Below are positions 55,386 through 64,000 of a DNA stretch of 64,000 nucleotides, piece after piece (positions within the stretch are counted from its first letter, which is position 1; every line of letters begins with the position of its first letter). Under the pieces are notes generated by a model, which had not been told where the DNA came from, ran no database searches, and worked only from the letters and a program-made list of their open reading frames with translations. The DNA comes from Paludibacteraceae bacterium (lineage in GTDB: Bacteria > Bacteroidota > Bacteroidia > Bacteroidales > Paludibacteraceae). The DNA is taken from contig JBJECK010000036.1 of NCBI GenBank assembly GCA_051870995.1, positions 4,742 through 68,741 on the forward strand, read 5' to 3'. Made by a program: the position numbers and the translations under genes.

Positions 55386-55776
55386 ATATCTGTTTGCCAT
55401 GCGCATCTACAAGACGCGCACCATTGCGGCAGACGCTTGCAAGAAAGGGCGCATCACGATGAACGGCACTACGCTAAAGCCGTCACGGACTTTCCGTATC
55501 GGCGACACGTTCTCCGTACGCAAAGGACCTATCACCTACACCTACAAAGTGCTGCAACTGACAGAGAACCGAGTGGGTGCAAAATTAGTATCGGAATACA
55601 TGCGCGACATCACCTCCCCCGAGCAGTTGGAGCTACTCGAGCTGGCACGCATGGCAGGCGCCGGCGGACGGGAAAGAGGCGCAGGACGCCCGACGAAAAA
55701 AGACAGGCGCGAGATAGAAACGTTCCTAAGCGACGATTATATAGACGAAATAGACTTTGACGACGATGAAGAGTAA
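55366..55776 (+). CDS. S4-domain RNA-binding protein, Hsp15 (HslR)-like
   Basis: RVDKYLFAMRIYKTRTIAADACKKGRITMNG is an S4 alpha-L motif. An acidic C-terminal tail follows. Confidence 0.7.
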   Translation: METRVDKYLFAMRIYKTRTIAADACKKGRITMNGTTLKPSRTFRIGDTFSVRKGPITYTYKVLQLTENRVGAKLVSEYMRDITSPEQLELLELARMAGAGGRERGAGRPTKKDRREIETFLSDDYIDEIDFDDDEE

Positions 55777-56221
55777 ACGGGAAAACATAGCTGAATACAT
55801 CCTCTATCTATGGCAGATAGAAGACTATCTGCGCGCCTTCCCCGAACAGGCACATGCCACACCGGAACTCAAAGAACTAAGCGACATGATGCATCAAGAG
55901 GGCATCACAGAGCAAGGGCATCTGCAGATAGCAAGGAATGCCCTACTGCAGATGGAAGAGCTGCACAACCGGATGCTCAGTACAGACGCGAGTTACCAAG
56001 CCGCCTGTCTGCGACTCTGTCCGCCGTTGGCACAACTGAAAGCCAAGACCGACAACCCGACGATGTCGGACATAGAGGCATGCCTTGTGTTGCTCTATCA
56101 GATAATGCTACTGCACCTGCAACACCGCCCTATCTCCGCCGAGACGGAGCAAGTACAACGGCAAGCCACCCAACTGCTGCAGTACATCAGCCGTTGCTTT
56201 CGCGACCAACCCGCAGAATAA
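55757..56221 (+). CDS. DUF4924-like conserved hypothetical protein
   Basis: KRENIAEYILYLWQIEDYLRAF is the typical N-terminus of this Bacteroidota family. The call is from memory. Confidence 0.5.
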   Translation: MTTMKSKRENIAEYILYLWQIEDYLRAFPEQAHATPELKELSDMMHQEGITEQGHLQIARNALLQMEELHNRMLSTDASYQAACLRLCPPLAQLKAKTDNPTMSDIEACLVLLYQIMLLHLQHRPISAETEQVQRQATQLLQYISRCFRDQPAE

Positions 56222-56240
56222 CCATTCAATAACGATAGCC

Positions 56241-56897
56241 ATGACCACCAAACAGCGTTTTGAACACATACTCGGCTGGTTCACAGAGAACATGCCCGTT
56301 GCCGAATCGGAACTCGTGTACGACAATCCTTTTCAGTTGCTGGTAGCCGTAATGCTATCCGCCCAATGCACGGACAAGCGCGTGAATATGGTTACGCCCG
56401 CGCTCTTTGCTGCCTACCCCACGCCTGAAGCGATGGCGCAGGCAAGCAGCGAAGACGTACTGCACTATATCCACTCCGTATCCTATCCGAACGCTAAAGC
56501 GAACCATCTGGTAGCGGCGGCAAAACGCTTGTGCGAAGTATATCAAGGCTCTGTGCCCGACAATATAGACGACCTGCAGACACTGCCCGGCGTAGGGCGA
56601 AAAACCGCCAATGTGGTGTGCGCCGTCATATGGAATCAGCCGACAATGGCGGTTGACACGCATATCTTCCGTATCTCCGAGCGTTTAGGACTGACAACCG
56701 ACAGCAAGACGCCACGGCAGACAGAAGACCAGTTGGTAAAGTATATCCCTGAAGCGTTTATCCCCAAGGCGCATCACTGGCTTTTGCTGCACGGGCGCTA
56801 CGTATGCCAAGCACGCAAACCGAAATGCGAACGTTGCGGACTGCAGGACTGGTGCAGGGCATATGGAAAGCAAGAATTCTCCACACACAAGAAATAG
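56241..56897 (+). CDS. nth: Endonuclease III
   Basis: [16 protein letters not shown], the HhH motif [12 protein letters not shown] and the C-terminal 4Fe-4S cluster motif [17 protein letters not shown] are present. Confidence 0.9.
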   Translation: MTTKQRFEHILGWFTENMPVAESELVYDNPFQLLVAVMLSAQCTDKRVNMVTPALFAAYPTPEAMAQASSEDVLHYIHSVSYPNAKANHLVAAAKRLCEVYQGSVPDNIDDLQTLPGVGRKTANVVCAVIWNQPTMAVDTHIFRISERLGLTTDSKTPRQTEDQLVKYIPEAFIPKAHHWLLLHGRYVCQARKPKCERCGLQDWCRAYGKQEFSTHKK

Positions 56898-56950
56898 CCC
56901 GTCGCATAGCGAATTGTTTGCGAATATCGGAGAATAGTTGTATCTTTGCA

Positions 56951-56958
56951 GCGAATAA
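56951..56958 (+). promoter_or_regulatory. -7 promoter box (TAtcTTTG) for recA
   Basis: tatctttg lies 50 nt upstream of the ATG at 57008. Confidence 0.5.
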
Positions 56959-57007
56959 GACAATTAAGACAAAACAACTACATTCTATAACTAAAAATAC
57001 ACTTTCT

Positions 57008-58015
57008 ATGGCAGAACAAAAGAAACAGCCGTCGGCAGACAAACTCAAAGCCCTGCAGATGGCGATGGCGAAGATAGACAAAGACTTCGGCAAAGGCGCA
57101 ATCATGAAGCTTGGCGACGACAAAATAGAGGACATCCCCGTTATCTCGACCGGTAGTATCGGGCTGAACATTGCGTTGGGCGTGGGAGGTTACCCGCGCG
57201 GTCGTGTAATAGAAATCTACGGTCCGGAGTCGTCCGGTAAGACCACGCTGGCGATTCATGCGATGGCTGAGGTGCAGAAGCAAGGCGGTATTGCCGCCAT
57301 CATCGATGCGGAGCACGCTTTCGATCGGTTCTACGCCGAGAAACTGGGCGTTGATACCGACAACCTGCTGATCGCTCAGCCCGATTGCGGTGAGCAAGCC
57401 TTAGAGATAGCCGACGAACTCATCCGCTCTTCAGCCGTAGATTTGGTGGTCATCGACTCCGTAGCTGCACTTACTCCGAAAGCGGAAATTGAAGGCGATA
57501 TGGGTGAGAACAAATTAGGATTGCAGGCTCGCCTAATGTCGCAAGCCCTCCGCAAACTGACCGCCACTATCAACAAGACACAGACCACCTGCATCTTCAT
57601 CAACCAATTGCGCGAGAAAATCGGCATAACGTTTGGTAATCCGGAGACGACGACCGGTGGTAATGCACTCAAATTCTACGCTTCCGTGCGCTTGGACATC
57701 CGCAAGACGGGTCAAATCAAAGATGGCGACGACGTCCACGGCAACTCGGTACGCGTAAAAATCGTGAAGAACAAAGTGGCGCCACCATTCAAAAAAGCCG
57801 AATTTGATCTGATGTTCAACGAGGGTATATCCAAGGCCGGTGAGATCATCGACCTAGGCGTAGAAAACGGTATATTGAAGAAATCCGGCAGTTTCTACAG
57901 CTACGGCGATACCAAGTTGGGACAGGGGCGTGATGCAGTGAAAAAGCTTCTGCGCGAGAACCCCGACCTAATGGATGAGCTGGAAGCAAAGATAATGGAT
58001 AGCCTCAAAAAATAG
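57008..58015 (+). CDS. recA: Recombinase RecA
   Basis: [24 protein letters not shown], Walker [10 protein letters not shown] and IDAEHAFD are present. The longer upstream ORF has no homology-like sequence and overlaps nth. Confidence 0.95.
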   Translation: MAEQKKQPSADKLKALQMAMAKIDKDFGKGAIMKLGDDKIEDIPVISTGSIGLNIALGVGGYPRGRVIEIYGPESSGKTTLAIHAMAEVQKQGGIAAIIDAEHAFDRFYAEKLGVDTDNLLIAQPDCGEQALEIADELIRSSAVDLVVIDSVAALTPKAEIEGDMGENKLGLQARLMSQALRKLTATINKTQTTCIFINQLREKIGITFGNPETTTGGNALKFYASVRLDIRKTGQIKDGDDVHGNSVRVKIVKNKVAPPFKKAEFDLMFNEGISKAGEIIDLGVENGILKKSGSFYSYGDTKLGQGRDAVKKLLRENPDLMDELEAKIMDSLKK

Positions 58016-59518
58016 GTGAACTCCATCCAAACTATATTATCGCATCAAGAGGCGTACGAAGCGGAGCAGAAGTACCGCATCGTAAAACGTTCGGTAGATG
58101 CACGTCAGCGGGAGCTGAAGGTGCATCTTACCATCTTAACCGATGAACAGGGACACAAAATAGAACGAAATGCTCCTGTTCCGCTCTATGCGCCGCCTCA
58201 ATGGCAAGATGTAAGTGCATCCCCCCACTCTGTCGCTATCATCGGCGCCGGACCTGCGGGTTTGTTCGCCGCATTGACGCTTATCGAGCACGGCATCAAA
58301 CCTGTTATCTACGAGCGCGGGAAAGAGGTCGGGCAACGCAAGCGAGATATTGCTCTGCTCAACCGCAACCAAGGTCTCAACACCGAGAGCAACTATTGTT
58401 TCGGCGAAGGCGGCGCCGGTACGTTCTCCGACGGCAAGCTATTCAGCCGCAGCAAGAAGCGGGGGAATATGCAACACGTGATGGAGCTATTCCATTATTT
58501 TGGCGCTGACGACAGCGTACTCTACGAAACCCATGCCCATATAGGTAGCGACAAACTGCCCTGTATCATCCGTGCGATGCGGGAGTGTATATTGTCCCAC
58601 GGCGGTGAGATACATTTTGAGTATTGTGTAGATGCGCCGATGTTCCGCCAATTGATGCACGCCGCCAGAATTTCTTCCGATGTAGCAGGCGTAATACTCT
58701 CTATCGGGCATTCCGCCCATGACACCTACCGCATGCTAGCATCCGAAGGCGTAGCGATAGAGACGAAGGGGTTTGCGATGGGGGTACGGGTGGAGCATCC
58801 GCAGGAGCTTATCAACCGCTTGATGTACCATGGGCAGCCGCAATCAGTCATCGATATGGTAGGCAATGCCAGCTATTCGCTGGTTACCCAAGTGAACGGG
58901 CGTGGCGTCTATTCGTTCTGTATGTGCCCGGGCGGGCATATCGTTCCCGCAGGCAGCAGTGCAGAGAGCTGTGTGGTCAACGGCATGTCGGCAAGCCATC
59001 GCAACTCACCGTATGCCAATTCGGGCATCGTGGTAGAGCTGCGCCCGGAAGACCTACCGACGCAAGGCGCACTTTCGGGGTTGCACTTTCAGGAATGGCT
59101 TGAGCATGAAGCCTTTCTGCACGGAGCTGCGTCCAGTCAAGCTCCCGCACAGCGTTTACGCGATTTTGTAGAGGGTAAGAGCAGTGCCTCTCTACCCGCT
59201 TGCAGCTACTTGCCGGGAGTTGTAAGCAGCCGACTTGACCAATGGCTGCCGCAACAGATAGGACCGCGTTTGCAGCAAGGTTTCCGTGATTTTGACAAGA
59301 AATACCGAGGTTATCTAACCAACGATGCCGTTGTGCTGGGTGTAGAAAGCCGCAGCAGTAGCGCCGTGCGCATTCCGCGCGACAGCGAGACGTTGCAGTC
59401 GGTTTCTACGCCGCATCTCTATCCTTGCGGAGAAGGAGCAGGTTATGCGGGCGGCATCACCTCGTCCGCGCTCGACGGTATCCGTGCGGCGGAACGTATC
59501 GCCGACACATTGGCATAA
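58016..59518 (+). CDS. FAD-dependent oxidoreductase (COG2509-like)
   Basis: The dinucleotide-binding motif IIGAGPAGLFAAL is present and the overall layout is typical of the NAD(P)/FAD-dependent protein family. The start is GTG. Confidence 0.7.
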   Translation: MNSIQTILSHQEAYEAEQKYRIVKRSVDARQRELKVHLTILTDEQGHKIERNAPVPLYAPPQWQDVSASPHSVAIIGAGPAGLFAALTLIEHGIKPVIYERGKEVGQRKRDIALLNRNQGLNTESNYCFGEGGAGTFSDGKLFSRSKKRGNMQHVMELFHYFGADDSVLYETHAHIGSDKLPCIIRAMRECILSHGGEIHFEYCVDAPMFRQLMHAARISSDVAGVILSIGHSAHDTYRMLASEGVAIETKGFAMGVRVEHPQELINRLMYHGQPQSVIDMVGNASYSLVTQVNGRGVYSFCMCPGGHIVPAGSSAESCVVNGMSASHRNSPYANSGIVVELRPEDLPTQGALSGLHFQEWLEHEAFLHGAASSQAPAQRLRDFVEGKSSASLPACSYLPGVVSSRLDQWLPQQIGPRLQQGFRDFDKKYRGYLTNDAVVLGVESRSSSAVRIPRDSETLQSVSTPHLYPCGEGAGYAGGITSSALDGIRAAERIADTLA

Positions 59519-59536
59519 AAAACGATTTTTTGAACG

Positions 59537-59602
59537 GTTTATAAAGCATTTATAAAGCGTTTATAAACCATTAGAATCTATATAAACAGAACACAAAATA
59601 TG
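59537..59602. repeat. 11-nt-period tandem array (6 units) running into the tcdA ATG
   Basis: The units read gtttataaagc atttataaagc gtttataaacc attagaatcta tataaacagaa cacaaaatatg. Confidence 0.8.
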
Positions 59603-60274
59603 TCTTTCGAGCGAACAATAGAGATGGTCGGACAAAGGAGCTTCGAGCGTATGCAAAATGCGCGTGTTATTCTCTTTGGTGTAGGGGGTGTCGGAGGCTG
59701 GTGCGCCGAGGCGCTGGTCCGCACGGGGATCAAGCACCTGACTATTGTTGATTTCGACAGCATAGCCGCAAGCAACATCAACCGGCAAGTGGTAGCAACG
59801 GCGGCGAACATCGGTTTGCCCAAGGTCGAGCAGATGCAGCAACGCTTGCTATCTATCGCGCCGGATGCCAATATCGAAACTATCCAAAGCAGATACGATA
59901 CGGATACCGCCGACCTCTTCCGCCTCGACCAATACGACTACGTAGTAGATGCTATTGATTCACTCGACTGCAAGATGCTCCTCATCCATCGCGCCACACA
60001 GACCCGCGCAACGCTCTTCTCCTCCATGGGCGCAGGGCGCAAGTTCGACCCCCAGCAGATACGGGTAGCGGAGTTCTGGAAAGCGGAAGGTTGCCCGCTG
60101 GCGCGCGCCCTACGTACGCGGATGCGGCGTAGCGGGATAATGCCGCAACGGAAATTCCTGTGCGTCTATTCGCCTGAGAACGCCTCAGACAAAGGCACGT
60201 TAGCACCTGTGGTCGGCACCTTCGGAATGCAACTGGCGGCACTCGTGATTAACGATATTTGCCGCCAGGAATAG
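59600..60274 (+). CDS. tcdA: tRNA threonylcarbamoyladenosine dehydratase (ThiF-family, TcdA/CsdL)
   Basis: ILFGVGGVGGWCAEALVRTGIKHLTIVDFDSIAASNINRQ. Confidence 0.85.
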   Translation: MSFERTIEMVGQRSFERMQNARVILFGVGGVGGWCAEALVRTGIKHLTIVDFDSIAASNINRQVVATAANIGLPKVEQMQQRLLSIAPDANIETIQSRYDTDTADLFRLDQYDYVVDAIDSLDCKMLLIHRATQTRATLFSSMGAGRKFDPQQIRVAEFWKAEGCPLARALRTRMRRSGIMPQRKFLCVYSPENASDKGTLAPVVGTFGMQLAALVINDICRQE

Positions 60275-60293
60275 CCACGAGGCTATAAAAAAA

Positions 60294-60320
60294 TGCAGGA
60301 GCATCGTGGATGCTCCTGCA
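60294..60320 (-). terminator. Intrinsic terminator of hsp20 (possibly bidirectional)
   Basis: A 12-bp stem tgcaggagcatc/gatgctcctgca with a 3-nt loop. The T-run lies on the - strand. Confidence 0.75.
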
Positions 60321-60349
60321 GAAAACAAATTCATAGTTTTTCGTTCGGA

Positions 60350-60805
60350 TTATTGTATGTCTATCACCCGTGTGGGATTCTTCTGTACTGTCGGGTCGAG
60401 TTTTGGCAACTCTACGCGCAATACGCCGTCCGCTACTTTCGCGGAGATAGCCTCTTTGTTTACGTTGTCCGGCAGCAATAGCGATTGCTCGAACTTGCTA
60501 TAAGAGAACTCGCGGCGCAGATACTTGCAATTGCATTTTTTCTCGTCCTCGGTCTCCTTATGTTCATCCTTTTTCTCTACGAGGATTACCAAGGCGTCTT
60601 GGTCGTTAACATGAACGGAAAAATCGTCTTTCGTCATCCCCGGAGCGGCTATTTCTACGTAATACGATTTCTCGTCTTCCAGTACGTTCACTGCGGGAGT
60701 AGAAACGTTTGCAGTACGCAATACGGGCCATTCCTCTGTAAACAGGTCGTTCAACAAACTCGGTAACCAGTTTTGGTCATTTCTTCTTGATGGTAACATA
60801 ATCAT
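60350..60805 (-). CDS. Hsp20 / alpha-crystallin small heat-shock protein
   Basis: PAVNVLEDEKSYYVEIAAPGMTKDDF...REFSYSKFEQSLLLPDNV...AKVADGVLRVELPK. Confidence 0.9.
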   Translation of the reverse strand: MIMLPSRRNDQNWLPSLLNDLFTEEWPVLRTANVSTPAVNVLEDEKSYYVEIAAPGMTKDDFSVHVNDQDALVILVEKKDEHKETEDEKKCNCKYLRREFSYSKFEQSLLLPDNVNKEAISAKVADGVLRVELPKLDPTVQKNPTRVIDIQ

Positions 60806-60917
60806 AAAATTTTAATAGTTTCGTTTAGTGGCTGAGCAGGTAAGTTCCTCCATGGAGTCCTTCACTCGTCTCAGGCATTCACCCTAATAAAGTCAATAAG
60901 TGTGCCAACCGACGAAT

Positions 60918-60955
60918 TGTGCCAATTTGTCATAATCCGCTGACAAATTGGCACA
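60918..60955. promoter_or_regulatory. Perfect palindrome (15-bp arms, 8-nt spacer) between the uvrB stop and the hsp20 start
   Basis: tgtgccaatttgtca-taatccgc-tgacaaattggcaca. A further half-site-like tgtgccaa lies at 60901..60908. Confidence 0.7.
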
Positions 60956-60980
60956 AGCATACAACAAACGCAACAAGGTT

Positions 60981-62999
60981 CTATCCGCCTATAGCATCCA
61001 ATCGGTTTTCCATCTCCAGCATCTCGTCGCGCAGGCGCGCCGCGTTATCAAAATCGAGGTCTTTGGCGGCAGCCAACATCGCGCGGCGTTTCTGCTCTAT
61101 GGCGCTTTTTAGCTGCTTGGCATTCATTTGCTGCCACGGTGCCGTTTTCCACGACTCGCGAATAGCCTGCTCGATACGTTGTTTCTCCTCCTGTGGGTCT
61201 TTGTAGAGCGAAGCCAAAGCTGAAGTATTGATTTCTTTCTTGATGGGCGTAGGTACAATATGGTGCTCCTCGTTGTAGGCTATCTGGATACGGCGGCGGC
61301 GGTTGGTCTCGTCGATAGTCGCCTGCATGGCCGCCGTAATGCTGTCGCCGTACATAATCACCTTGCCGTGGACATGGCGCGCCGCACGGCCAGCAGTCTG
61401 CGTCAGGCTGCGTTTGTCGCGCAAGAAACCCTGTTTGTCCGCATCGAAGATAGCTACGAGGCTCACCTCCGGCAGGTCTAATCCTTCGCGCAGCAGGTTG
61501 ACGCCCACCAGCACGTCATATACCCCGCGGCGCAAATCCTCCATTATCTTCACGCGCTCTATCGTATCAATATCCGAGTGGATGTATGCCGAGCGAATGC
61601 CGTAGCGCCGCAGATAGTCGTCCAGTTCCTCCGCCATGCGCTTGGTGAGGGTCGTAATCAGCACGCGCTCTTCGCTGTGGATACGTTGCTGTATCTCCTC
61701 CATCAGGTCGTCCACCTGATGTTCGCTAGGGCGCACCTCTATCTCGGGGTCGAGCAAGCCCGTCGGGCGTATCAACTGGTCCACAACGATGCCGTCCGAC
61801 CGTTGCAGCTCGTACTCGTCCGGCGTGGCGGATACGTAGATAGTCTGCCCCGTTTTCGCCTCAAACTCGTCGAAGGTCAGCGGACGGTTGTCCCGCGCAG
61901 CCGGAAGGCGGAAACCGTAATTGACAAGGTTGTCTTTGCGTGCTTTGTCGCCGCCGTACATGCCCCGTATCTGCGGCACAGTAACATGGCTCTCGTCGAT
62001 CACGAGCAGCATGTCGTCCGGAAAATAATCCAGCAGGCAGTAGGGCGGAGACCCTGCTTCGCGGCCGTCGAAATAGCGGCTGTAGTTCTCTACGCCCGAG
62101 CAATAACCCAGCTCCTGAATCATCTCGAGGTCGTACTTAACGCGCTCCGCGATGCGGTTGGCGTAGAGCGGCTCGCCTATCTCGTTGAAATAGTCCACTT
62201 GGTTCGCGAGGTCCAACTTTATCTGCGCCATCGCGGCGTTTATCCGCTCTTTGTTCGTGCAGAATATCGTTGCCGGCGCGATGTTGTAGCGGTCAAACTC
62301 CTCCAACAAACTCCCGTCCACGGGGTCAAGCGTAGCGATAGCGTCTATCTCGTTGCCGAAGAACTCTACGCGCACGACGTAGTCCGCATACGACAGCGCG
62401 ATATCCACCGTGTCGCCCTTCACGCGGAAACGCCCGCGCGCCAGCTCTATGTCGTTGCGGATATACTGCGCAGCAACCAGTTGCTTCAAGAACTCGTCCA
62501 TCGGCAACACCTCACCCCGCCGCACAGCCACAATGCTCTGACTGAAATCCTGCGGAGAACCGATGCCGTAGATACAGCTGACCGACGAAATCACCACCAC
62601 ATCTTTGCGTCCGCTCAGCAACGCCGCAGTCGCCGAAAGCCGCAGCCGGTCTATTTCTTCGTTGATACTCAGGTCTTTGTCGATGTACGTATCGGTGGAT
62701 GGGATGTAAGCTTCGGGCTGGTAGTAATCGTAGTAAGATACAAAATACTCCACGGCGTTTTTCGGAAAGAACGCCTTCATCTCCGAGTAGAGCTGCGCCG
62801 CGAGGGTCTTGTTGTGGCTGAGTATCAGCGTCGGGCGGTTCAGCTGCGCGATAACGTTCGCTATCGTGAAGGTCTTCCCGCTGCCCGTGACGCCCAGCAG
62901 CACCTGCGCCGGTGCACCCGCACGCACTCCCTCCACAAGCGACTTGATAGCTTGCGGTTGATCGCCCGTCGGGCTATATGGACTCTCTAAATGGAACAT
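60981..62999 (-). CDS. uvrB: Excinuclease ABC subunit B (UvrB)
   Basis: PTGDQPQAI...GVTGSGKTFT...DESHVT are present, with a C-terminal UVR domain (AAKDLDFDNAARLRDE). Confidence 0.95.
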   Translation of the reverse strand: MFHLESPYSPTGDQPQAIKSLVEGVRAGAPAQVLLGVTGSGKTFTIANVIAQLNRPTLILSHNKTLAAQLYSEMKAFFPKNAVEYFVSYYDYYQPEAYIPSTDTYIDKDLSINEEIDRLRLSATAALLSGRKDVVVISSVSCIYGIGSPQDFSQSIVAVRRGEVLPMDEFLKQLVAAQYIRNDIELARGRFRVKGDTVDIALSYADYVVRVEFFGNEIDAIATLDPVDGSLLEEFDRYNIAPATIFCTNKERINAAMAQIKLDLANQVDYFNEIGEPLYANRIAERVKYDLEMIQELGYCSGVENYSRYFDGREAGSPPYCLLDYFPDDMLLVIDESHVTVPQIRGMYGGDKARKDNLVNYGFRLPAARDNRPLTFDEFEAKTGQTIYVSATPDEYELQRSDGIVVDQLIRPTGLLDPEIEVRPSEHQVDDLMEEIQQRIHSEERVLITTLTKRMAEELDDYLRRYGIRSAYIHSDIDTIERVKIMEDLRRGVYDVLVGVNLLREGLDLPEVSLVAIFDADKQGFLRDKRSLTQTAGRAARHVHGKVIMYGDSITAAMQATIDETNRRRRIQIAYNEEHHIVPTPIKKEINTSALASLYKDPQEEKQRIEQAIRESWKTAPWQQMNAKQLKSAIEQKRRAMLAAAKDLDFDNAARLRDEMLEMENRLDAIGG

Positions 63000-63059
63000 T
63001 CCTACTCTTATATAGAGGAGTATAAGAAAAAAGAGCCTTGCGGCTCTTTCTCTCTTTTT

Positions 63060-63413
63060 TTACTTAACTCGACGTTCTTGGATACGAGCCTTCTTACCTG
63101 TAAGCTTGCGAAGGTAGTAAATCTTCGAGCGGCGAACCTTACCGTACTTGTTGACAGTGATCTTCTCGATGAAAGGGCTGTCCATAGGGAAGATACGCTC
63201 TACGCCGATATTGCCCGACATCTTGCGAACCGTGAAACGCTTCTTGTCTTGGCTTCCGTGGATAGCGATTACGTCGCCGCGGAACTCCTGAACGCGCTCC
63301 TTGTTACCCTCTTTGATACGATAAGCTACGGTGATTTGGTCACCGGCTTTGAATGCCGGAAACTCTTTTTTCTCACCGGCGAATGCCTCTTCGGCAATCT
63401 TCATTAAATCCAT
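63060..63413 (-). CDS. rplS: 50S ribosomal protein L19
   Basis: FKAGDQITVAYRIKEGNKERVQEFRGDVIAI...FTVRKMSGNIGVERIFP. Confidence 0.95.
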   Translation of the reverse strand: MDLMKIAEEAFAGEKKEFPAFKAGDQITVAYRIKEGNKERVQEFRGDVIAIHGSQDKKRFTVRKMSGNIGVERIFPMDSPFIEKITVNKYGKVRRSKIYYLRKLTGKKARIQERRVK

Positions 63414-63528
63414 TGCTGTTGTTCATTTAATGGTTACCGCGCAGAGTATGTACTACTTTTCAGCCTTTGTAGCTCTCTAAAAGCCAGTGCCTACTCCTAT
63501 CGCCAGAGACTCTGCGCAAAATCGGTTG

Positions 63529-63536
63529 CAAAGATA
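63529..63536 (-). promoter_or_regulatory. -7 promoter box (TAtcTTTG) for rplS
   Basis: caaagata on the + strand lies about 115 nt upstream of the rplS ATG. Confidence 0.5.
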
Positions 63537-63639
63537 CGGCAAAAACTTGATACGTGCAAATTATTCTGCACCAAAAACATCACTTTTCTCAAAAAGGCAG
63601 ACCGCTGTAGAGTCCAAAAGCAAATGCAATTTGTTGCTG

Positions 63640-63647
63640 CAAAGTTA
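63640..63647 (-). promoter_or_regulatory. Outward-facing -7-like box (TAacTTTG) overlapping the IS30 transposase stop codon
   Basis: caaagtta on the + strand. The TAA stop of the transposase supplies the TA of the box, and it points towards rplS. Confidence 0.3.
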
Positions 63648-64000
63648 GTGAAAATGTTTAGCAAAGCAAAATAAAGGTGTTTCAAACTTCAATTTTTCTC
63701 TTGGTCTGTTATTTAATTTATCCTGTATATATTTGATTTTCTGATTACTAATGGTATTAAAATTCGTTCCTTTCGGAATGTATCTTCTGACGAGTTTGTT
63801 AAAGTTCTCGATGCTGCCTTTCTGCCACCCGCAGAACGTGTCCGTAAAATAGATTTTCACATCTTCTTTCCCTTTGGTTCTGAGTCGTTTCGTGATTAGC
63901 CCATGTGCTGCAAACTCGCTCCCGTTGTCCGTTGTGATAGTTTTGACGATGTGTCTGTATGGAAAAAGCAGTTTAGCCACCATTTCCGCCACCGGCACGG
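63645..64000 (-). CDS. IS30-family transposase, C-terminal part (gene continues beyond the window)
   Basis: ...ITTDNGSEFAAH...FTDTFCGWQKGSIENFNKLVRRYIPKGTNF...IQDKLNNRPREKL is the DDE catalytic C-terminus of IS30-type transposases. GC content is visibly lower than in the flanking genes. Confidence 0.85.
   Translation of the reverse strand, partial: VPVAEMVAKLLFPYRHIVKTITTDNGSEFAAHGLITKRLRTKGKEDVKIYFTDTFCGWQKGSIENFNKLVRRYIPKGTNFNTISNQKIKYIQDKLNNRPREKLKFETPLFCFAKHFH
63645..64000 (-). mobile_element. IS30-family insertion sequence (one end; the terminal inverted repeat could not be delimited)
   Basis: The transposase fragment described above. The exact IS terminus, between about 63540 and 63645, cannot be set without the other end. 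Confidence 0.7.

Overview
This 64-kb chromosomal segment reads as Bacteroidota, probably Bacteroidales. The grounds are TAnnTTTG -7 promoter boxes 20-110 nt upstream of many starts, no Shine-Dalgarno sequences, a SusE/F-like gene, a BspA-type LRR protein and many lipoprotein signal peptides. All family calls are by eye from the translations; no database search was possible. I call 52 protein genes, one pseudogene and one tRNA-Gln(UUG). Most are housekeeping: DNA repair (recQ, uvrA, mutS2, nth, recA, uvrB), translation (rimO, rplY, pth, rplS, tcdA), envelope (LptF/G, LtaS-like, glucosaminidase-LysM, OMPs) and metabolism (ribBA, cdd, fcl, ferritin, DPP-IV, PepC). Accessory pieces are listed below.
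- A DUF4143 AAA+ ATPase gene bracketed by 34-nt direct repeats sits inside a starch-locus remnant.
- An orphan RhuM gene.
- A compact five-gene glycan operon ends in a secreted beta-helix protein.
- A solitary HNH gene lies on a low-GC islet.
- An IS30 end lies upstream of rplS.
The most unusual signal is non-coding. Six strictly 11-nt-periodic degenerate tandem arrays (5-13 units each) lie in the untranslated stretch just upstream of start codons, ahead of an MFS transporter, rimO, rhuM, an OMP gene, fcl and tcdA. Two of them are followed by an identical 23-nt A/T box next to a GTG start. Other notable points:
- gmd carries an in-frame TAA where a conserved Gln belongs.
- An 860-bp gene-less region holds an orphan promoter box.
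- A perfect 15-bp-arm palindrome lies upstream of hsp20.
- A secreted protein combines an EF-hand-like loop, an aromatic block and an R/S/T/G/Y tail.
I found no CRISPR array, rRNA gene or recognisable known defence operon.
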